Of a DNA stretch of 64,000 nt, positions 58,176-64,000 are shown piece after piece (the stretch's first letter is position 1; every line of letters begins with the position of its first letter). A model generated the notes under the pieces. That model had not been told where the DNA came from, made no database searches, and saw only the letters and a program-made list of their open reading frames with translations. The stretch covers positions 96,001 through 160,000 of IMG/VR virus record IMGVR_UViG_3300024520_000050; one strand, 5' to 3'. The stretch is from a virus. A program made the position numbers and the translations under genes.

Positions 58176-59058
58176 GATTTATTGATTTAAAATATTCACT
58201 AATCGTATAATCATTCCAGTTATACTTTTCTTTACTTCTACTTGATCTACTAAATGTTTGTTCTACAGCATTAATATAAAATGAATGTTCTCCTTGATAG
58301 AATTTATTCCAATTATCATCAGAAAATAATCTACGTAGCTTTAGTTGTTCTAATGCTAAGTTATCAAAACTAGTAATATCAAATGTTTTAATGCAGTGAT
58401 TTATCCACCACTTCCATTGTTGATGATTTAAACTATCAATGTCTACTTGTCCGGTATTGGCGCCGAAGTCTTTTTCTCCGAGTATGAGTAACTTTTTTAC
58501 TCCTTTGTTGTGTAATTCAATTACATCATTGATAGTATCAATGCCCATAATTACATGAAATACAGTGTTCTCATAGTTAAGTATTTCATTAGGTACATTC
58601 CAAGTTAAACTACTACGATATGATATACCTAATCCTTTGATTAAATCCATATCGATACATTTTAATATGTCAAATATATCACGTTTAATATGACCTTGAT
58701 TAACTGTAAGATTGCATATGAAACCTTTAATTTTACACCAAAATAAAAAGAACATTAAATTATGAGTTAATTTATTACATCCAATAGCTAATTCAATACC
58801 TGGTGGAATACCCTTTAATTTAGCTTTCAACGCAGTGTAATCACATTCTAATCCATTCACCTTAGCCGACTCATGACAGAAGCTACATAGCACATAGGAA
58901 CCGTTATCTCGTTGCCCAAATGAACATTGATTAGATACTCGTATGTCGATATTTAAAGGATGATCTAATTTCATAGAACCTTCAAATTCTATAATTCGTG
59001 TACCAACATTATCAATTGTAATAGAACAATTTCCATTATTATATTTAACTAATTGCAT
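58168..59058 (-). CDS. Radical SAM-like protein with expanded CX12CX2C motif
   Basis: IDIRVSNQC-SFGQRDNGSYVL-CSFCHE; later SYRS, FHVIMGI and SFDNLALEQL. Confidence 0.75.
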   Translation of the reverse strand: MQLVKYNNGNCSITIDNVGTRIIEFEGSMKLDHPLNIDIRVSNQCSFGQRDNGSYVLCSFCHESAKVNGLECDYTALKAKLKGIPPGIELAIGCNKLTHNLMFFLFWCKIKGFICNLTVNQGHIKRDIFDILKCIDMDLIKGLGISYRSSLTWNVPNEILNYENTVFHVIMGIDTINDVIELHNKGVKKLLILGEKDFGANTGQVDIDSLNHQQWKWWINHCIKTFDITSFDNLALEQLKLRRLFSDDNWNKFYQGEHSFYINAVEQTFSRSSRSKEKYNWNDYTISEYFKSINHE

Positions 59059-59068
59059 AGTTTAAAGT

Positions 59069-59569
59069 TTAATGATTATCATTATCTGTTTCTAATACTG
59101 AATTACTTGAGAATAAGAATGCTTTTACTAACTCTTTATCTTCAAATATATGATGAAGTTCTTCTCCGTCAACTGAACCATGATCTATTCCACCAGATTC
59201 CCATCCATAACTTTTATAAGTAACTGTCTTACCATTGTGTTCATATGATTTCATTTCATAGTTCATCATATCTTCTATATAAACAACAGATTTACATTGA
59301 GTAACTTCTTTGATACATTCTTCTAATGTACGAAAATGATCTTCTTCTTTATCATTAGACCAATCACGACAATAGATAGCTAAGTATGATGCTTTAGTGT
59401 CAAAATCATAATGATGATCTTGTTCCCACCCAAAATCTTGTGGATAAATGTTAATATCACCATTCTCATCAGGAGTTGGTATATTATTTAATGTATCATT
59501 TTCACTGATACTTATACTATGACAACTACTCGAGTTTGTCTCAAATACTCTTTTTCTTACTACTTTCAT
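59069..59569 (-). CDS. Conserved hypothetical FETNSSS-motif protein
   Basis: RKRVFETNSSSCHS, IDHGS and C-terminal DNDN. Confidence 0.75.
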   Translation of the reverse strand: MKVVRKRVFETNSSSCHSISISENDTLNNIPTPDENGDINIYPQDFGWEQDHHYDFDTKASYLAIYCRDWSNDKEEDHFRTLEECIKEVTQCKSVVYIEDMMNYEMKSYEHNGKTVTYKSYGWESGGIDHGSVDGEELHHIFEDKELVKAFLFSSNSVLETDNDNH

Positions 59570-59595
59570 TAGTTAGTTTTATTTATTTTAGTTAG

Positions 59596-59988
59596 TTAAT
59601 TTAAACATAAATCAAGTATAAACCTTCTTTTTCGCTTATTCATATCAGTATTCGTTAATTGATAACTCAACGATCCAACTAAATGGGCATTTCTAATAGT
59701 AATTATACAACTATCTATTCCATAAACAACTATAAATAAACCATTTCTAGATAGTGATTCTACGCGATCTACTTTACGTTTTCCTAATTGTACATCACTA
59801 TCTGAAAGAATCATTAAAAACTGTTCATTCGATAAACAAGCATATAATGGATCATTAAAAATACCATAATTATTCTGCATTAGAGTAGTTACATTTAACA
59901 ATTCACGTGCTAGTTTTAAATGACCAGCATTTAAGAATTGTAATACTTTTTCATAGTAATTATCTACTTTTGCTTGATCTATATTCAT
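59596..59988 (-). CDS. Hypothetical protein
   Basis: 130-aa ORF. Confidence 0.55.
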   Translation of the reverse strand: MNIDQAKVDNYYEKVLQFLNAGHLKLARELLNVTTLMQNNYGIFNDPLYACLSNEQFLMILSDSDVQLGKRKVDRVESLSRNGLFIVVYGIDSCIITIRNAHLVGSLSYQLTNTDMNKRKRRFILDLCLN

Positions 59989-60033
59989 ATTGTTTTAGTT
60001 TAATTAGTTATATATAACTTGTTGATAATCAAG

Positions 60034-60338
60034 TACATCTGGAGGGACTCGAACCCTCACGGCCATTACGGCCAATGGATTTTCATACCACTATAGCTTT
60101 CACTACCAATTTAATGTTTTGTGGTCTGGACTATACCTCAATCTTATTAATGATTAATCATTAACTTAGACTACTCCCGTCTAGTCTCTACACCTTCAAT
60201 ATCTAATGATAAAGCTTGGCTCGGTATTGCCATTTAACAGGTTTCACCGAATTTGAGAGTATGCGCAATATTAAATTTCTTTAATAAGGCTCAAATTATC
60301 CATAAGTCCATCGCGTCTACCAGTTCCGCCACAGATGC
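60034..60338 (-). tRNA. tRNA-Leu(TAA) interrupted by a group I intron
   Basis: 5' half GCAUCUGUGGCGGAACUGGUAGACGCGAUGGACUU (60304-60338) plus 3' half AAAAUCCAUU...CCAGAUGUA (60034-60083). The spliced loop is CUUAAAA and a long variable arm is present. Confidence 0.93.
60084..60303 (-). mobile_element. ORF-less group I intron (220 nt, trnL(UAA)/IC3-like)
   Basis: Inserted after U34 and ends in G. P-like CAAAUUCGGUGAAA, Q-like AAUACCGAGC, R GUAGAGACUA and S GGUAUAGUCC (P7 GACUA/UAGUC). Confidence 0.92.
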
Positions 60339-60341
60339 ATA

Positions 60342-60722
60342 TTATTTATCTCCAAAAAGTCGACCAAGTCTATTATATTCCACTCTTAATTGATTTAACT
60401 TTATAGCTTCTTGTTCTTCTTTCCATTCTTTTTGTTGAATCTTGCGTTTTTCAAACTCTTCATCAGTTTCTTCTTGATTATAGTATGCTATCATTTCAAG
60501 ATCTTCAAGTCCATCAATATCCCATGCATAAAATCGTATGTTAGTGCAACCTTTTTCTCTTGCTAATTTCAAGTAATCTAATAACATAGTGATATCAATT
60601 TCATCTTCGCAATCAATATCTAAACATCCTAATGGATTCTTTTCAAATGTTTTCTTTATCATAATATTTAATTTATTAAAAATGATATAATCGTTTTGTA
60701 AATTGTTGTATTTTGAACACAT
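60342..60722 (-). CDS. Hypothetical protein; likely start MIKK at 60662
   Basis: EETDEEFEKR coiled-coil C-terminus. Confidence 0.6.
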   Translation of the reverse strand: MCSKYNNLQNDYIIFNKLNIMIKKTFEKNPLGCLDIDCEDEIDITMLLDYLKLAREKGCTNIRFYAWDIDGLEDLEMIAYYNQEETDEEFEKRKIQQKEWKEEQEAIKLNQLRVEYNRLGRLFGDK

Positions 60723-60808
60723 GTCATCTCAACAACTCGGTTCCCGTGGCGGGATAACAACTTCACAAACTTCTGTCTGTGGTAATAAATTATATCTAAG
60801 CATGCTTG

Positions 60809-60882
60809 TATTCCTGGTAAGATTCGAACTTACGACCTTCTCATCCGTAATGAGATGCTCTATCCAGCTGAGCTACAGAAAT
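60809..60882 (-). tRNA. tRNA-Arg(ACG)
   Basis: UCUCA-UUACGGA-UGAGA. Confidence 0.92.
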
Positions 60883-60887
60883 ATCCT

Positions 60888-61169
60888 TTAAATAAGAAAG
60901 TTCTTCTTTCTATTCTTTTTCTTTCTTGCTACATTATCTTTTATAATCATTTCACCATAATCTTCTGTTTTACAGACAACTTCATGAGGATATATTCTAC
61001 CTCTTGTCCATAAACTTATATAAGGGTTCATTCTTGGAAAGTAATTTTTCCATACTCCACCTTTCATTCTTCTATACCATACGAACTTTTCAAACATAAG
61101 GAAGAAGAATATCCATTTAAGTGGTACAATAATAAAATAATATAATAATTTAATTTTTATGTTCTTCAT
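60888..61169 (-). CDS. Hypothetical protein
   Basis: 93 aa with hydrophobic N-terminus. Confidence 0.5.
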   Translation of the reverse strand: MKNIKIKLLYYFIIVPLKWIFFFLMFEKFVWYRRMKGGVWKNYFPRMNPYISLWTRGRIYPHEVVCKTEDYGEMIIKDNVARKKKNRKKNFLI

Positions 61170-61230
61170 TTTAATTTTTAACTTATTAGTGTTAGATTAT
61201 CATAATTAATTGATAATCAGTATGTTACTG

Positions 61231-61303
61231 CACGCAATGAAAGACTCGAACTTCCAACCTGCAGTTTTGGAGACTGCTGCTCTACCAATTGAGCTAATCA
61301 CGT
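61231..61303 (-). tRNA. tRNA-Trp(CCA)
   Basis: GCAGU-CUCCAAA-ACUGC; G73. Confidence 0.92.
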
Positions 61304-61305
61304 AT

Positions 61306-61361
61306 AAATAGGTAGAGAGTCATTAAGACCCTCTTTCAGTTGCCGAAGCTTATACCTATTT
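61306..61361 (-). ncRNA. Compact structured RNA candidate filling the Ile-Trp spacer
   Basis: 9-bp closing stem AAAUAGGUA/UACCUAUUU, GC-UUCG-GC, and 8-bp AGAGGGUC/GACUCUCU sharing one base with the closing stem. Confidence 0.55.
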
Positions 61362-61362
61362 G

Positions 61363-61436
61363 TAGCCCTACCTGGACTCGAACCAGGGACCTTTCGCGTA
61401 TCAGGCGAACGCTCTAACCAACTGAGCTATAAGACT
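61363..61436 (-). tRNA. tRNA-Ile(GAT)
   Basis: UUCGC-CUGAUAC-GCGAA. Confidence 0.92.
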
Positions 61437-61441
61437 ATCTA

Positions 61442-61735
61442 TTAAAATTCTGTAAATTGACAATGACCGTAGTAACCAAATATTTTATTAATTACATCAC
61501 ATTCATTCTCATTAATTTCTGTAATCCTAATATCTCTTAGTAACTCTTTACCATTTTCATATTCTACTTCTTCATTAGTACCAACACTAAATTCAAATGA
61601 TTCTTCATGTTTTTCTAATCTATTCTTATATTGAATCCAGTTCTCTTCATTCATTGTTGTAAAACCTATAAAATCTGCTTCATCTGCCCAATTACCTTCC
61701 CATTTAACTAGGAAGTATTTCTCTTCTTTACTCAT
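61442..61735 (-). CDS. Hypothetical protein
   Basis: WADE...GTNE pattern, 97 aa. Confidence 0.65.
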   Translation of the reverse strand: MSKEEKYFLVKWEGNWADEADFIGFTTMNEENWIQYKNRLEKHEESFEFSVGTNEEVEYENGKELLRDIRITEINENECDVINKIFGYYGHCQFTEF

Positions 61736-62262
61736 TTCTTCTTTTTCTTTTTACCTATTATAATAGCAGTCCATGTGTTTCCACCTAATTTAGGAAATGA
61801 TGTGAATTCTGCTTGCCAAGTTAAATCTTGTTCATTAATACTATTAACAAATGATTTAATAATACCTGCTCCAGTTTCTTTACCTCTAGCCATATTACGT
61901 CCACCTTTGATTAATAAACTAATCTTTACTTGATTCTTCTTGTCAATAAACTTAGTTGCATTTTTAACTCGATAACTTATATCATTATCACTTATGTCTA
62001 AACCTAATTGAATTGTTTTCAATTTAGTTTTTGATTTAGGTTTGTTATCTTTCTGTCGCTTTTTAGCTTCAAACTTCTTCTTTTTGATGTCATAAATTTT
62101 GCAAATCGGCATATCTAGATCACCATTCATAAGAACTAAATCTAAATTTCTTTCTTTTGCATAATTCAACGCATATTGTGAACCACAAGGTTCAGTAAAA
62201 TCAAGTGTATCCACAATTAGGACCATATGATATAATTGTACTACTTCTTCGTTAATCTTCAA
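61732..62262 (-). CDS. infC: Translation initiation factor IF3 homolog
   Basis: KINEE, AL..A....LDLV...P.CKI.D..K.KFE.KK.QK, K.I.L...I..ND..Y..K.A.KF....NQVK and P.L.G. Confidence 0.88.
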   Translation of the reverse strand: MKINEEVVQLYHMVLIVDTLDFTEPCGSQYALNYAKERNLDLVLMNGDLDMPICKIYDIKKKKFEAKKRQKDNKPKSKTKLKTIQLGLDISDNDISYRVKNATKFIDKKNQVKISLLIKGGRNMARGKETGAGIIKSFVNSINEQDLTWQAEFTSFPKLGGNTWTAIIIGKKKKKK

Positions 62263-62459
62263 TCTTTTAATTCTTTTAAGTATTTATCTAAATGTGTATA
62301 ATATAATTCTAATGCTTTTTCTCTATTCTTAAATCCTGATCTTTCACTATTTACTTCAATAGTAAATCCTGTTTTCCAACATTGTAATTTAATACTGTTT
62401 GTTGGATCAGGTCTAAAGGAAGACCATTCTAATTCTTTTCTGTATTCTTCTTTTGTCAT
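62259..62459 (-). CDS. Minimal class-1 release-factor (RF-1 domain)-like protein lacking the GGQ loop
   Basis: ELEWSSFR-PDPT-NSIKLQCWKTGFTIEVNSERSGFKNREKALEL aligns by eye with RF1 [53 protein letters not shown]. Confidence 0.7.
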   Translation of the reverse strand: MTKEEYRKELEWSSFRPDPTNSIKLQCWKTGFTIEVNSERSGFKNREKALELYYTHLDKYLKELKD

Positions 62460-62809
62460 ATTTCATATATTAACTCTTTATTATTCTCCCAAAAGTTACA
62501 TTTTTTATCATTCAATATTCTTTCATAATGAGAACAATATTCAATGGTTTTTAACTTCTGTTCTTCTTCATCAAAAACTTCTTTAGTTTTATAAATAGAT
62601 TTCATGCAGTATACATATTCTTCTGTTTTATCACACCATACTTGAGTATGAACTGTATCGATATGACTATGAAATGTGACAAATCCTTTGTTAGAGTTAC
62701 TTTTAACTTTAAATTCTTTGGTTATTGTTGTCCATTCTTCTCCATTATGAAGAAAGAATGGAAACTTACCTTTGCTTGTTCTTTTCATAATTATTATTTC
62801 TGATGGCAC
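62456..62809 (-). CDS. Hypothetical protein; likely start MKRT at 62788
   Basis: 117-aa ORF. Confidence 0.55.
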   Translation of the reverse strand: MPSEIIIMKRTSKGKFPFFLHNGEEWTTITKEFKVKSNSNKGFVTFHSHIDTVHTQVWCDKTEEYVYCMKSIYKTKEVFDEEEQKLKTIEYCSHYERILNDKKCNFWENNKELIYEI

Positions 62810-62810
62810 A

Positions 62811-62925
62811 TCTACCCACCTAACTTATACTGGTTAAGAAAAGTTATTGATGGGGTAGAACAGGTAAAGCCACTAACATTCACCCTGTGTTGTAGCATTA
62901 CAGTAAGCCTAGCGGAACTTAACCA
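62811..62925 (-). ncRNA. Pseudoknotted structured RNA candidate
   Basis: UGGUUAAG/CUUAACCA stem crossed by UCUACCC/GGGUAGA; inner CAGGGUGAA/UUUACCUG and UGUA/UACA hairpins. Confidence 0.45.
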
Positions 62926-62964
62926 TAGTTCATAATACTTATTCACATGCTCATAATTTAATAG

Positions 62965-63047
62965 TGGGACCGGTAGGATTCGAACCTACGTACTCCAAGA
63001 AGACTGGATTTACAGTCCAGCGCTTTTAACCACTCAGCCACGTTCCC
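62965..63047 (-). tRNA. tRNA-Tyr(GTA)
   Basis: CUGGA-CUGUAAA-UCCAG with long variable arm. Confidence 0.93.
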
Positions 63048-63065
63048 AATTTGTTTATTTAATAG

Positions 63066-63150
63066 CGGAAGATGAGAGATTCGAACTCCCGGTGAGTTAC
63101 CCCACGCTGGTTTTCAAGACCAGTGCATTAAACCACTCTGCCAATCTTCC
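63066..63150 (-). tRNA. tRNA-Ser(TGA)
   Basis: CUGGU-CUUGAAA-ACCAG, long arm, G73. Confidence 0.93.
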
Positions 63151-63160
63151 TATTTAATAG

Positions 63161-63247
63161 CGGAAAGTAGTAGATTCGAACTACTGGTGCAATTACTCAC
63201 ACGCCGGTTTAGCAAACCGGTACCTTAAGCCACTCAGCCAACTTTCC
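63161..63247 (-). tRNA. tRNA-Ser(GCT)
   Basis: CCGGU-UUGCUAA-ACCGG, long arm, G73. Confidence 0.93.
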
Positions 63248-63255
63248 TATTAAAG

Positions 63256-63339
63256 AGTACATAATCGGATTCGAACCGACGTGAGCTATTAACTAATGGT
63301 TTTGCAGACCATCCTATTCGGCCACTCTAGCATATGTAC
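63256..63339 (-). tRNA. tRNA-Cys(GCA) with long variable arm
   Basis: AUGGU-CUGCAAA-ACCAU; U73; ~15-nt variable region. Confidence 0.85.
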
Positions 63340-63586
63340 TATGTAAAAAATTTATCCATTTCCAAGTGGAATACTTAGTAGAGCATCGAACATCTCCACA
63401 CCCTATTTAATACTAATTGATTGTCCGAGGTCGACTCTTCTTTATCAATTCTATATGTTTTAAGTATCTTACAATAAATATCATTCTCTTGGCAGAATTC
63501 TGAATCCCCTGCTTCCCTTTAACGTCTTCGGATGACATTGCTAGTTTGGTTCATTATTTATCTTCAGTAAATTTATATCTTAATAA

Positions 63587-63784
63587 TTACTTATCTCTAA
63601 GTTCATATTCAAAATCATCTTTTGAAACTGTTTCGTTCCAATAATTAGATGTTCCATTACAGTGACCAATAGTAACTGTATTAGTAGTTTCTGCTTCAAT
63701 TTGAACTGTACATTTATCAGTTCCTGGTTGACTACAGTCAGTGATTACATATTCACCAACATCATCTTTAATGTCTTTACTCAT
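63587..63784 (-). CDS. Hypothetical protein
   Basis: 65-aa ORF between tRNAs. Confidence 0.5.
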   Translation of the reverse strand: MSKDIKDDVGEYVITDCSQPGTDKCTVQIEAETTNTVTIGHCNGTSNYWNETVSKDDFEYELRDK

Positions 63785-63812
63785 AATTCATATTTAATTT
63801 AGTTAATAAAAG

Positions 63813-63885
63813 AGCGGGCATTCGGCCTCGAACCGAAAACCTTTGACTTGGAAGGACAATGCTCTACCAATTGAGCTATACCCGC
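63813..63885 (-). tRNA. tRNA-Gly(TCC)
   Basis: UUGUC-CUUCCAA-GUCAA; GCGGGUA/UGCCCGC; U73. Confidence 0.9.
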
Positions 63886-63894
63886 TTTAAAAAG

Positions 63895-63968
63895 CCGTCC
63901 ATGAGAGACTCGAACTCTCGATCCCCGCCGTGACAGGGCGGTATCCACTCCATCTGGACCGATGGACG
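63895..63968 (-). tRNA. tRNA-Asp(GTC)
   Basis: CCGCC-CUGUCAC-GGCGG; G73; C at position 8. Confidence 0.9.
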
Positions 63969-64000
63969 GTTTTATTTTGTTGTATGTAATTTATCCCATT

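Noticed and set aside
55907-61361. Theta (HDV-like) or hammerhead ribozyme identity for the inter-tRNA structures
   Set aside because: I could not fit the nested P1/P2/P3/P1.1 plus catalytic C topology. The CUGAAAGA at ~61330 lacks the downstream GAAA core. They are kept as unclassified.
55386-63150. tRNAs with TAG and TGA anticodons as possible suppressors
   Set aside because: Those are anticodons reading CUA (Leu) and UCA (Ser). Suppressors would need CTA or TCA anticodons.
302-63784. All plus-strand ORFs in the track and the nested minus ORF 18858-19103
   Set aside because: They are antisense or off-frame shadows of long minus-strand genes, with S/L/F-rich low-information translations and no recognisable motifs.
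1-64000. CRISPR array, integrase or insertion-sequence transposase
   Set aside because: No regularly spaced direct repeats, and no tyrosine/serine recombinase or transposase motifs were seen.

Overview
This is an AT-rich dsDNA phage segment with essentially every real gene on the minus strand. It is best read as a Crassvirales-like phage of Bacteroidota, based on a virion RNAP with a DYDID motif, crAss-type PolB, primase and SSB, TAnnTTTG promoters and AT-rich start regions without Shine-Dalgarno motifs. In coordinate order the window holds four regions. (1) 1-19926 is the virion ejected-protein block: a giant (>=5231 aa) virion RNA polymerase that runs off the window edge and is missing from the ORF track, plus a 1401-aa protein ending in a peptidase-M15-like domain. 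(2) 20-38.6 kb covers nucleotide metabolism and replication: dUTPase, HAD phosphatase, dATP/dGTP diphosphohydrolase, 5'-3' exonuclease, resolvase-like nuclease, ATP ligase, primase, SSB, RecT-like annealase, a DnaB-like helicase split in its Walker A by a LAGLIDADG group I intron, PolB and a DEDDh exonuclease. (3) 38.6-54 kb is accessory, with an AcrIII-1/DUF1874-like protein carrying His47->Tyr, a MoxR+VWA pair, a SleB-like protein, a BCS1-like AAA, an AEP-like protein and many hypotheticals. (4) 54-64 kb is a translation-takeover island: 14 tRNAs plus one tRNA-like gene with a 10-nt anticodon loop, a tRNA-Leu(UAA) interrupted by a group I intron, a Thg1-like protein, IF3, a release-factor domain lacking its GGQ loop, a radical-SAM/ETNSSS gene pair, homing endonucleases (one flanked by a recoded duplicate of the Thg1 5' end) and several unclassified structured RNAs between tRNAs. 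Family assignments come from motif recognition by eye; no database searches or folding programs were run.
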